The notes below the pieces were generated by a model. It was given only the letters and a program-made list of their open reading frames with translations. It had not been told where the DNA came from and did no database searches. This document shows, piece by piece, positions 24,773 through 37,345 of a stretch of 64,000 nucleotides of DNA. The stretch comes from Mobula hypostoma (Eukaryota): the NCBI RefSeq assembly GCF_963921235.1, contig NC_086109.1:11162001-11226000 (forward strand), read 5' to 3'. Numbering within the stretch: the stretch's first letter is position 1; every line of letters begins with the position of its first letter. A program made the position numbers and the translations under genes.

Positions 24773-25773
24773 GTGAGGTCAAACAAAACAAAGTCACTAA
24801 CTGTGCAATTCATTTGGAAAAATCAAGTGACAAATTACATTGCTGTCAGCAGTCTGTTTAAAAGTAACTTGTGTGTATTATTGGACAAGAAAATAACTGT
24901 TTTGTATATGTAAGAGGAACCTGCACATGGTGTATAATTGGAATACAAATCAAATGTGTTTATTTCAAGAAATACTGTTGTTCATTGGTAGAATCAAAAG
25001 GCATCAACAGAATTTGAAAGCACTCATTTTAATCCCTGCAGTGATAAATAGGGAAGCATACAGAAAGTGTATTGGCAGTTCCATATTCCTTTAATACAAA
25101 AAAAATCCTGTGTGTTCACTTGCTAAAATTGATTGAATGAGTTTCCAACTGTAATCCACATATCTTTTGCTCTTTTTGCAAGTGAAAGCAGTGACACATG
25201 TTAATACTGTTAGAATATGCAAGTGATTTTTAACTTTTGGATTCAACTTACAAAAAGGAGTTTAGCGTTTATAAGTGATTAAACATGGGTGTTTTCTACA
25301 GGGCCCACACCACTTGCATCGTGAAAGGCAGTTTAATCAAAATGTGACATGTTTAATATGTAATTAGTTGCATTGGAGATCAGATTCCATTGGATGTGTC
25401 TGTGAATGATACTTCCAAAACGTGTCAGTTATTTGACTTTTTCATTTTGCCATTTGATACCAGAAAATCCCTGTTTGTGAATTGAAGCTACAACGTCATG
25501 ATAATTAGTAACAAGCAAAATCCTCCCCCTGATTGATTAGTTATACAATTATTCCCATTCACCAACTGCACCATTAAAATGCCATTAGATCAAATTCAGA
25601 TTTATTTATCACAAGAAAGTTGAAACATCAAGTAAAATATGTAATTTGTGTTAGCATCCAGTACACCTAAGGATGTGCTGGGGCCACATGATAACTTTCT
25701 TAATAATGTACAGGGTAACATTGTACCAATGAAGAAACTGAGAACTTGCTTTTCAATTTATTTTGCTTTGCAG

Positions 25774-25915
25774 ATTCATCTGTCCATTCACCATTTTCTG
25801 AGGAACACCCCTACAGTAATTGTGACCCAAACTTAATGCCAGAGGATATAGGATTTGGCTGCAAAATGATTGATGGGGTCACCCATGTATATTCCAAACC
25901 AAATATGATGGACAA
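25774..25915 (+). CDS. AMPD2: AMP deaminase 2 exon (142 nt)
   Basis: tgcag|...|gtaatt. Encodes (D)SSVHSPFSEEHPYSNCDPNLMPEDIGFGCKMIDGVTHVYSKPNMMD. Confidence 0.93.
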
Positions 25916-26079
25916 GTAATTAAAACTTTTCAAATTACTTTTTAAAATATGTGTGTGTGGAATAGTTGCATGGATTTTCATTCCTATAAAATACTGATTT
26001 GTGAGGTAGTTTATAGCAGGCTGTTTTATCAAAAAAAATAAGTGAGCCTGGAGTCTGAATTTCAATCTGGTTTGTTTAG

Positions 26080-26169
26080 GTCTACAGAAGTGGATCTGCC
26101 TTGTCCAAATCTTCAGGAGTTCACTGCTGACATGAATGTTTTAATGGCATTAATAATCAATGGACCAGT
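26080..26169 (+). CDS. AMPD2: AMP deaminase 2 exon (90 nt)
   Basis: tttag|...|gtaagt. Encodes [29 protein letters not shown]. Confidence 0.95.
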
Positions 26170-26638
26170 GTAAGTAATGATTCAAAACACATTTGTCTCA
26201 TTTTGCTTTTTATTCCTACTAGGCAATACAGATTTAGCTTTTGGCTGATGTCAATATTGTGTAAAGCAGATGGAACTGGCATCTAAATTGATATCCAACA
26301 GTTGTATAAATATAGATAAGATAATCGAATGATTCACTATGAAAAAAGGGCTTTTGGCTCATCATGTCAGCTCTTGGTAAGGCTAACCAAATTGTTCTAC
26401 TCCCTTGTTTACACACAGCCCTAGGGGAAAATTCAACAGATACGAAAAGGAATAAATCTACATGTAAAATTATAGTTTTCTCTTGTTCTGTCAGAATGTG
26501 GTAATTGCAATTTTTGTGTACTGAAATTAGATCTAATCTTTAATGTACAGTAGCTACTACAGCACCATTATTTCCAATGCATAACTTTAATGACACTTAG
26601 CTTATCGTTACAGAACATGTTGCTGATTGTGTAGTTAG

Positions 26639-26878
<240 letters not shown>

Positions 26879-27989
26879 TAATATAACCACAGAATTTCAG
26901 CCCCAAAGATGTATCTTGTCAATATTGTATTTAACATGGAGGAAATAATCCACAGGTAATATTGTGGCAAGTCTGGTTCAATGTAGTTGTCATACTATGA
27001 GTATAGTTAACTATCAGGCTACTTCTATGCAGGGAGGTAAAAGACAAGTAAAAATACTTATTTTTAAATACAGCAGATGTAGTACGCAAGGATTTCTTGA
27101 CAGGACATTTTGTCAGAGGTGCCAGGCATAATTAGCCCAGTGCAAGCTGAGTAAACTTACTGCTACTTTTTTAAAAAAATGGTAGAAATAAATTGTCTCA
27201 CTATAACCGACCTTAACATTTAGTTTTCGCTTAATTCATAGCTCTTTTGTTCAAATGTTCTAAATTCAATCTTTAGCCTTAATTTCCCAATGTAATATTG
27301 AAAATGCGAATTCAAAATATGAATACCTCAGATTTCTGTGCAAATGTTAGTTAAAATATTAAGGGAGAATATTATTTAGAAAGAAATAACTAATTAAAAA
27401 TGTATCATTTCATTTAAGATTCATAAGTGTGATCTCTATGGAGTGTGGAGAAGAGTGCTTGTTAATATGATAGTAGTGTAGCAGTTAGCGTGATGCATTA
27501 TAGCTTGGGTCGTCGGAGTTTTGAATTCGATTCTGATGTCATCCTGTAAAGAGTCTGTACGTCTTCCCTGTGGAATGCATGGGTTTTCTCTGGGTGTTTC
27601 AGTTTTCTCCCATGGACCAAAGGCTTACCTGTTGGTATGTTAATTGATCATTGTAAATTATCCCCTGATTAGGTTAGGATTAAATCTGGGGTTGCTGGGC
27701 AGCGTGCCTCAAAGGACCGTAAAGGCCTAGTCCATGCATCTCGATAACTAAATACAAACATGAACATTCTTTAAGAGATTAAACTGCAGGCTTCTGATAC
27801 CCAGTGCAAATCTCTGAGCATGCAATATTCACTCCTCAGTCATTAGTGCAATGCAGTATACTGTATTCTATTCAGTAATTGTAGGTATTCAGGTATTGCA
27901 GATAAAATTAATATATGCCTGACTCCTGATTGTTTTAAATGGTTTCATGATTTCATGAGGATTTCTCTCTCTTTGTTTTAAACGAACAG

Positions 27990-28184
27990 GTTGATACACA
28001 CATTCATGCATCATCTTGCATGAACCAGAAACATTTACTCCGTTTCATTAAGCGTACGATGAAGAAGAACCCAGACGAGATTATCCACATGGAAAACGGA
28101 AAAGGGCAGACTCTGAAGGATGTCTTTGAGAGCATGAACCTCACAGCCTATGACCTCAGTGTGGACACGCTAGATATGCATGCG
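27990..28184 (+). CDS. AMPD2: AMP deaminase 2 exon (195 nt), Zn-binding HxH motif
   Basis: aacag|...|gtatgc. Encodes [22 protein letters not shown]...[15 protein letters not shown]. Confidence 0.97.
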
Positions 28185-29246
28185 GTATGCAAAAAGTGCA
28201 GCTTACGGCTGGCACCATAATCTGTATTAACTGCTGTTGGCCACAATAGAACATATTCACAGTATTTCTGTAATATGTTTAAATGGGCTTTAAGCAGCAA
28301 CACCATCTCTGAATGAGTTCTGTCATTAAATTCAGTATTTAAAATGGAAAATGGCGAGGAGGTATTCATCCAGGCTACTAGGACTCACGGACAGTGAAAA
28401 ACAGTCAATGACATTGGATCAGAACCAGTGAAAGTATGGGGCAAGCAGGTTTTCAGTTGCAGAGTAAGCGGTAGGGGTAGATAGAACAAAGAGAAGATCT
28501 GTGATAAAGACTGAGAGATTTAAGTTGATGAAAAATCATTGAACGTTGGAGAAAATGATACTATATGGAGTTGGAATCTAGATCAGCCACTATCGACTGA
28601 AATTATGATACAGGATTTTTGTTGTGTTATGACTAGTAAAGCTGGCATGCTTCATTGTGTGAGAATGTTCAGTTCAGAATCAGGTTTAATATCGCTGACC
28701 TATGTTGCGAAATATGTCATTTTGCGGCAGCAGTACATAAAAACCCATACATTACAATAAGAAATATATTAATCAGAAATTAATTAAGTAGCGCAAAAAG
28801 AGTACAAAACAGTGAGGAAGTAAGTGTTCATGGGAAGTGGTTCATTGTCAGTTTAAAAATCTGATAGTGGAGAAGCTGTTTCTAAAATGCTAAGTATGTG
28901 TACAGGCTCCTTGACGCTCCTCAACTCATCATTCCTCTCTTGAGAGTCTTTATGATTATAATAGGGGCAGAAATATGTCATTGTTGTTTAAAGTTGCCAA
29001 TCAGTACTTGTAACACTAGAATAGACAAAATGGAAGGCAGGATAGAAAAATAACAACTTGCAGAAGTAAGACAAATTAATGAAACATAGATATTTGTCCT
29101 AGAACAAAATAAAGCAATGACACTCATGTAGAAATTATTCATTTATTCATAGCAAGCACAGAAACAAGCATTTCAGCTGAACATGTTCAGTCTAATGAAG
29201 ATGTCTATATCTGCTCGAATCTGTTTTGGCTACTATCTCTCTAAGC

Positions 29247-29328
29247 CAGGGGTTCTCCATCCGAGGTCCACAGACTCTCTTGGTTAATGCTAGGGGTCCA
29301 TGGCATAAAAAAGGGTTGGGAACCCCTG
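29247..29328. mobile_element. hAT (Charlie/MER5-like) MITE
   Basis: TIRs CAGGGGTTCTCC...GGGAACCCCTG. Imperfect 8-bp TSD CTCTAAGC/CTCAAAGC. Confidence 0.75.
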
Positions 29329-29979
29329 CTCAAAGCCATTCCTATCCATATATCTATTAAAATATATTTTAAACATAGTAACTCTATCTGCCTCTAGCAC
29401 TTCCTCATTCCATATAACCATCATCCTCTGAAAAATCTGCTCCTTGGGATCCTCTTTGAATCATTCACTTCTCATTTTAAACTAATTCCTTTTTTGTTTT
29501 AGACTTTCCTACCCTGGGAAAAAGACTGTGACTATCAACCCTCTCTGCTTCCCATGATCTTATAAATCTCTGTAAGTTCACAACTCAATCTCCTTGACTC
29601 CAGAAAAAGAATCCAAGCTTATTCAATCTGTTTTAGTTCAAGCCTTCCAGTCCATGTAACATTCCTGTGAATCTTTTCTGTATCATCCCTTGCTTGATGA
29701 CAGGCTTTCTATAGTGTGGCAACCAAAACTGCAACAATACTTGAAATGTAACTTAAACAAGTTGGTACACTGTAACATGACATCCCAATGTCATATGTTG
29801 CCCCCTTTTCCTGTATCTTTTTGATTAAACATTTATCAAGCTCAGAATCAAGATCATTAATTCCCATTTATGGAAGTGTGTGTTGCAAACTCTTAATATG
29901 GTCTGGTTGTTGAAAATATTTCTTTATTCTGAATAGTCTGGCTTTGGGTTTTGTTCCAGATCCCAACATCTAGTCTTTT

Positions 29980-30125
29980 CTCTCTCTCTTCATGTGCCTT
30001 GCGCATTACACGCTTGGGCGATCATGGCTCTCCACATCGAACGATCCCTCGCAGCGTCAATGATATCTCGTACCTTTTCTACCTAGTTTAAATAGTGTGT
30101 CCACTTCCTGCGTGGGTATTCTATA
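29980..30125 (-). mobile_element. RTE LINE 3' end
   Basis: Reverse strand encodes ARDRSMWRAMIAQA, followed by CAAGGCACATGA and a (GA)n tail. Confidence 0.6.
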
Positions 30126-30246
30126 GTAACAGAATTAATATAATAGTTAGGCACCAAGTTCAATGCTTTCCTTATTGTGGTTGCTTTTCTCAGGATTCCA
30201 TCAATGCTGCTTTCAAATTATTGGAACCATCGGTTTGATGTCTACA

Positions 30247-30872
30247 TGCAGTGGCCATTTTATTAGGTACCTCCTGTACACAATAGAGCAGCCACTGAGT
30301 GTATGTTCATGGTCTTCTGTTGCTGTAGCCCATCAACTTGAAAGTTCGATGTGTTGGGTATTCAGAGATGCTCTTCTGCACACCACTGTTGTAACGTGTG
30401 TTTATTTGAGTTACTGCCGCCTTCCTACCTGCTGAACCAGCCTGGCCATTCTCTTCTTGCCTCTCTCATTAACGAGGCATTTTCGTCTACAGGACTCCAA
30501 TCATTGTGTGTTTTTTGTGTTTCACACCATTCTTTGGAAACTCTAGAGCAGGCGTTCCCAACCATTTTATGCCATGGACAATTACCATTAAGCAAGGGAT
30601 CCATGGATCACAGGCTGGGACCCCTGCTCTAGAGACAGTTGTGTGTGAAAATCCCAGGGGATCAGTAGTTTCTGAGATAGTCAAACCATCCCATGTGGCA
30701 TTTACAATCAATCCTTGGTCAAAGTTATTCAAATCACATTTCTTCTCCCTTTTGATGTTTGGGCTGAACGTCTGAACTTCTTGAGCATGTCTGCATGCTT
30801 TTATGCTTCGATTAGATATTTGAATTAACAAGCAGGTATCCAGGTGTACCTTACATAGTGGCCACTGAGTGT
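30247..30872. mobile_element. Tc1-derived non-autonomous element (partial second copy ~31600-31865)
   Basis: Inverted ends CAGTGGCCATTTTATTAGGTACCT / AGGTGTACCTTACATAGTGGCCACTG. Contains a nested hAT MITE. Confidence 0.65.
30549..30626. mobile_element. hAT (Charlie/MER5-like) MITE nested in the Tc1-derived element
   Basis: CAGGCGTTCCCA...TGGGACCCCTG with a perfect 8-bp TSD CTCTAGAG (30541-30548, 30627-30634). Confidence 0.85.
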
Positions 30873-31913
30873 ATGTGTCTCTTTAAGGATTTAGGTATTC
30901 ACTTGAAGTCACAATGTAAATTTTGAATGCAATAAATACTCCATCTTCTACATTTTTGTTTCCTCTTAAAAATAGTGTAACCACTATAAAAGGCAAGAGC
31001 TTGTATAACCTGAGCCATTTTTGTTATGCTAATATTGTGATGAGTCATGGAAGCTGAGTCTTTCCTTTTTTTTAAGGACGAGGTAAATAGATTTGTGATG
31101 TGCAAGGAGATGAAAGGTTACTGGGGCTAGGTAAAGTTGAGTTTGCAGTCAGATCAGCCATGATTTTGAAGCATGCTTGAGATGCAGTTGAGGTGAAGTT
31201 AAGAGTTGCCAAATTGCAATCCAGTAATTGAATCAGTTGTTCAAAATTAACTTGCTAACTGATCCCAGTAAATGAGGAATTAGCACCTTAACTGTAATCA
31301 AAATTAGCAATAAAACTCTTTCCTCTGGGTCAGAAGGTGCTAACAGAGTCAAGTTTCACTTTATGATTTGAGCACAAGCTGGTAGTTCAGTTTAGAAGTA
31401 AATAAATGGTAAATCCATTAAATCCCATGAGATGGTAGGTAGAAGCAGTTGGTGCTGATTAAGAGAAGGCAAAATTAAATTTATTTCCTGAAATAATGGT
31501 CTAGAATTTTCTTTTAAAAGTAAGCATTAATAAAATGTGCTGTTAATTACAAGAAAATTATATATTGGTGAGAAGCAATTGTGCAGTTAATTAGGGATTC
31601 TAGAGACTGTTGTGCCTGAAAATCCCAGGAGATAGCAGTTTCTGAGATACTCAACTACCCCATCTGCCACCAACGATCATTCCATGGTCAGAATCACTGA
31701 GATCACATTTTTTCCCCATTCTGATGTTTGGGCTGAATAACAACAGACCCTGTTGAGTATGTCTGCATGCTTTTGTACATTGAGTTGCTGCCACACAATT
31801 GGTTGATTAGCTATTTGCATTAATGAGCAGATGTACAGGTATACCTAATAAAGTGGCTGCTGTGTATGTTAACAAGTTAAGTTTAAACTAGTGATCCTGA
31901 TATCTGTTGTGAA

Positions 31914-32159
31914 CTTTGCAGCCAGGCTTTGTTGGTTGGCAGTCGAAACTGTGAGCTTTCAGTTCTGTTAAGCTAGAACTTTTTCCAAGGTTTGTGTTTG
32001 GGAGCTAATATTAAACACAGTTCTCCATTTACTTACTTGTTTTTTGAACTTTGGTATGCCCAAATCTGAAACTGTCTTCATTTGGTACGTAAGTGCTTTG
32101 CAACCAGGCTTTGCTGGTTGGCAGTCGAAACTATGGGTTTTCAGTTCTCTTAAGCTAGA
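31914..32159. repeat. Local 64-bp direct repeat, two copies with starts 182 bp apart
   Basis: 31914-31977 and 32096-32159 align without gaps (CTTTGCA-CCAGGCTTTG-TGGTTGGCAGTCGAAACT...TAAGCTAGA). Confidence 0.85.
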
Positions 32160-33639
32160 GAAGCTAAACAAATGAGTGTGTAACTTCTGTCCCAGTGACA
32201 TTAACTTTCTTCCATGGACCTTTAAGTTTCTTGCCTGTGTCTCTTTGCATTGTGTCCCTTTCCCTTTACCCACTAAGCCTTTAATTCTGATCTTTATGTA
32301 TAAGTAGCATAAGGTTAATTCCCCTTCTAGATTATAAATGGCATGCTTTTCTTTAAATTCTGGCAGGATATGGATTCCCTGTGAAAAGAGAAGGAGTCTC
32401 AAGCCTCAGTACTATGGATAGTAAGTACTCATCCCCTAGATGTGTTCCTGGTAATTTTTTGTTAACCAACATATTTTAAATTTATCTAATTTGATTGGCT
32501 CTTCCAATGATCAAATTTGAAGCTGGAGGTGGGAAAGATTGGGAAGGAATATAGACCATCTACAATGAATCTGAGGAAAGACTGTTCATGAGCAATTAAT
32601 GGATGACCTGCTATAAGCAGAACTCTTTTGGCTCACAAGTCATTATGCATCATTGTAAAAATTCAGATAACGCCGAATTAATGGGTTCGTTATTCACAGA
32701 AAAAAGCCCGTCACATCTGAGAGTAACTTAGCATTCATAGTATTGATCTCCTTCAAACATTGTGCCCAGAATAACTCTTAAAATATACAATTCATAATTT
32801 GGTTCATTAAAATCAGTGCAATAGATTTCAGAGGCAGACACCCTGCACTTAAACTCCTAAATAGTGCCATGGATTAGGATTATAATAGTTGGCAAGAAAT
32901 TCCAATAATACAACCAAATTTGTATTGGTTTGTGCTCTCATAAATGATCTTAGCTATTTTGGGATTACTAGCAGTTATCTCCTTTTCTATCATATTTATT
33001 TAGTGATTTAATTTTAGAAAATTTCCTTTTCATGACGTATATTTAGCACCAAGGCATGGATTATGAGCCTGAGGATATTAAGTTGATGATTTTGACAGAA
33101 ATTCGCTAAGTGTTTTATTTATAGCATAGATAGCTCAAATAAATGACTTTAATCTGTGATAAATGATGATTCATCTTTGGCTGACCTCTAATTATTCTAG
33201 AAAGTGATATTTGCTTTATATTTAACAACACTTTTTGTTACTAGTGATCTGTGGAGAGTAAATGAAAAGTTTTAACTTATTTGTACCTTTCTCTCTTTCT
33301 GTTTAGTACATTGTTCAAGTCACCCTTGTACTGAACAATTACTTGAGCTTTCTTTCTTATCATCTTCATTCGCCTCTGCTCCACTGTTTCTTGGAATAAT
33401 TATGAGGGGCTGTTTTACTGAAGGTTGTTCTTTATTAGACTTTGCTTGCAGCATAACCAGTTTGCAATTAAAATCCTAAGCCCATTTTAGTGGTACAAGG
33501 AGCCGATTAATGATGGGTAAAACACCCATGTAAGCCACCTTGTTAACTTACAGCTGGAAAGGTTTCATAGCCTAGGTGTGTTCAAGAGCTACTAATTGAG
33601 CCATTAGTAGATTAATGGAAATGAAATAAGCTATAGAAC

Positions 33640-34690
33640 ACGAACTAGGCTATTTGGCCCATTAAGTCAGCTCTGCCATTCCATCATGGCCGATCCATTA
33701 TCCTTCTCAACCCCATTCTCCTGCCTTCTCCCTGTAACCTTTGATGCCCTGATTAATCAAAAGCCTTTCAACCTCCACTTTAACTATACTCAATGACTTG
33801 ACCTCCACAGCTCCCTATGGCAACGAGTACCCTCTGGCTAAAGAAATTCCTTCTCATCTGTGTCCTAAATAGACGTTCTTCTATTCTGAGTCTCTGCCCT
33901 CTGGTTCTAGACTCCCCCAGGATAGGAAACATACTTTCCACATCCATTCTATCTAGGCCTTTCAATATTTGATAGGTTTCAATGAAATCCCTCCTCATTC
34001 TTATAAAATCCAGTAAGTACAGGCAGAGAACCGTCAAACACTCCTTGTATGTTAACCCTTTCATTCCCAGAATCCTTCTCGTGACTCTCCTCTGGACCCT
34101 CTCCAATGCCAGCAAGTCTTTTCATAGTTAAGGGCTCAATACTATACACCAAGTGCAATCTGATTGATGCCTTTTAAAGCCACAGCATTATATTCTTGCC
34201 GTTTTATTCTCATCCTCTCAATATGAATGCTAACATTGCGTTTGCCTTCTATACCACTGACTCAGTCTCCAATTTAACCTTTAGAGAACCCTGCACAAGG
34301 ACTCCCAAGTCCCTTTACACCTCTGATTTTTGAGTTTTCTCCCTGTTTGGAAAATAGTCTATGCCTTTATTCCTTCTACCAAAGTGCATATGACCATACA
34401 TTCTCCTGCACTATATTCCATCTGCCACTTCTTTGTCCATTCCCAATCTAAGTCCTCCTGCAGACCTCCTCCTTTGTTCACGCTGTCTGTGCCTCCACTG
34501 TTCTTTGTATCATCTGCAAACTTGGCCACAAATCTGTCTATTCAGTCACCCAAATCATTGACATATAATGTGAAAGGAAGCAGCCCAATACCAACCTCTG
34601 CGGAACTTCACAAGTCAATGGCACCCAACCAGAAAAGGCCCCTTTTTTCCCCCTCTTTATCTCTTGTCAGGCAGCCAATTTTCTATCCAT
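33640..34690 (-). mobile_element. CR1 LINE 3' part
   Basis: LERVQRRVTRRILGMKGL...GESRTRGQRLRI...RRNFFSQRV. RT region upstream on the minus strand. Confidence 0.85.
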
Positions 34691-36589
34691 ATCATATAGA
34701 TAAAATACTCTTGTTAGCATCTTATTAATTGAGTCAATAAAAAAAACTACAAACATGCCAATCATTTTATTAGGTCCATGGCCTTGTATCCCTTGGCTTT
34801 TCAAGTTCCTGTGTATATGCATCTACGATTTGACTGCATCTGACTCCATCACCTTCTCTAGTCATACATTCCAGAAATCATCCACAATTTTTATGTTATT
34901 CTGAAATCAAAAGACCTAAGCAATTGCTTAAGAAGTTCCATACAAGTAGATAACTAAATCAAGATATGAACGATTGGGTTTAGTATTGCAAGATGTATTG
35001 CTATTCCTATTTATGCCTCCTCAGACCTCTTCAGTTTTGTTTTAGACCATAAGAAATAGGCCATTTCACCCATTAAGTCTGCTCTGCCATTTCACCATGG
35101 CCGATCCGATTTCCCTCTCAACTCCATTCTCCTGTCCTCTCCCTGTAATCTTTCACGTCCTGACTAATCAAGAACCTATCATCCTCTGCCTTAAGTATGC
35201 CCAATAATTTGGCTTCCACAGCCACCTGTAGCAACAAATTCCACAGATTCTCCGCCCTCTGGTTAAAGAAATTCTTCCTCATCCCTGTTCCAAGTGGACA
35301 TCCCTATCGCTTAGCTTTAACACCATGTTCTCCCTTGTCACTCAATCCCTCCTGCCACTTTGAAACCTTCTCCTATGATTTCTTCACTTCCTACTTTCTT
35401 TTTACATCTTGTACTTTGTATATGAATCCTGTCATATTTCTGTTATATTTGGGGTGGCACCACTCAGTAGAACCTCTGCCTCATTGCTCAGTGACCTGGG
35501 TTCAGTCCTGACCACTGGTGTTGTATGTGTGGAAAGTGTATGTTTTCCCTGAAATTGCATGGGTTCTTCAGGGTCCTCTGGTTTCCTGCCTCATTCCAAA
35601 AAGTGTGTATTGGTTGGTTAATTGGCTACTGCAAATCATTCACAGTGTGTGGCAAAATGGTAGAATCTGGAAGAAATTAATGGGACTGTGGCAAGAAGAA
35701 AATGAGACTAGTATAAACGGATTCTTGATGATCCTTACTGATTAAATCAATGACTCTAATTTTTTCTATTTCTTTGGAAAGTCATTACTTTGAAAAGTTA
35801 TCTTTTTTCTACTCTTCTGGTGCTGCAGGAGCAGCCTGGCAATTTTTTTTTCTTTTGGAGCAATATAGTAGTAATACTTTTCATATTAGGTGACCACTAA
35901 TATACACTTATGGAGCCAAAAGATGAATTTGTGCTTAATGAAATATGCACATAGTTGATCAAATTGTAATCACCACTCGGTTAAATAGCTAAGTTAAGAT
36001 GAGGTTTGGAAAGAGATTGTAATATTCTTTCAGAGCTACACCGATAGAAATGCCATCTGCTGAATAGTGTGTGGCAGCATCTGTGGAGAGAGAAACATGG
36101 TTAATGTTTCAGGTTGATGCCCTTCTGCAGAATTAGAAGAATGAGGAAACAAATTGCAGAGAGAAGGAGAGGTGGAGGAAATGGGTGTGGTAAGATGGAG
36201 ACTTGGTGAAACAATGATTTTGCAAGTTTTTTACTGAGTCGGGGGAGCATGGAATGCCTTGCCATGGATGGTGGTAGAGGCAGATACATGGCTGACATTT
36301 AAGAGCCTCTTAGATAGGCACATGGATGATGGAAAATGGAGAGCTGTATGAGAGAGAAGGGTTAGATTGATCTCAGAGTATTTTAAAAGGATGGCACAAT
36401 ATTGTGGGCCAGATTGCCTGTGCTGTGTTGTTCTGTTCTCTGGTGCTATATATCTAACAGATGAATGAGAGCAGCTACAGAGAGAAACAGAACATAGTTA
36501 ACATGTTGGAATTGTGAGATGCTGGACTCAGCAGTTGTAGGAGACCAGAAACAAAAGAAAACCCCAGGAGTATTTGGTACATTAGAAAC

Positions 36590-36935
36590 AGAGTAGATGT
36601 GGAAAGGCTGTTTCCCTTGGTCGGTGAGTCCAGGACAAGAGGCCACGGTCTTCGAATTAGAGGGTACCTATTTAAAACAGAGATGAGGAGAAATTTTTTT
36701 AGCCAGAGGGTCATGGATTTATGGAACTCATTGCCACATACCGCTGTGGAGGCTCGATCATTGAGGGTGTTTAAGGAGGAGATTGATAGGTATCTAATTA
36801 GTCAGGGTATCAAGGGATATGGGGAAAAAGCTGGTAATTGGAACTAGATAGGAGAATAGTTTAGCTCATGGTGGAGTGGCGGAGCAGACTCGATGGGCAG
36901 AATGGCCTACTTCTGCTCCTTTGTCTTGTGATCTT
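36590..36935 (+). mobile_element. CR1 LINE 3' end
   Basis: LFPLVGESRTRGHGLRIRG...RRNFFSQRVMDLWNSLP followed by a CR1 3' UTR and short-repeat tail. Confidence 0.85.
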
Positions 36936-36944
36936 GCGATGAGA

Positions 36945-37345
36945 AAGTCTGGAGATACTGGAAATCCAAAGCAAAACACCAAAGTCAGCAGGTCAGGCAG
37001 CATCTATGGAAATGAATAAACGGTCGATGTTTTGGGCTGAGACCCTTCTTCAGGACTGATGAGGAAGGGGGAAAGATGCCAGAATAAACCCGTGCGTGGG
37101 AGTGGAAGGAGGCTAGATGGAAGGTGATAGGTGAAGCCAGGTGGTTGGAAAATGTCAAGGACTGGAGAAGAAGGAACCTGATAGGAGAATGGACTATAAG
37201 AGAAAGGGAAGGAGGAGGGGACCCAGGGGGAAGTAATAGGCAGGAGAGAAGAGGTAATAGGTCAGAGTGGGGAATGGGAAGGGGTTTAAGTTTGTTTACC
37301 AGAAGGAGAAATCGATATTCATGCCATCAGGTTGGAGGCCTCCTA
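36945..37345 (-). mobile_element. Penelope-like element 3' end (end of ORF plus pseudo-LTR)
   Basis: Reverse strand GCCTCCAACCTGATGGCATGAATATCGATTTCTC = LQPDGMNIDFS. Decayed hammerhead at ~37022-37057. Confidence 0.75.

Noticed and set aside
31968..32402. 144-aa minus-strand ORF
   Set aside because: No recognisable domain, non-ATG start, and no splice context. Probably chance.
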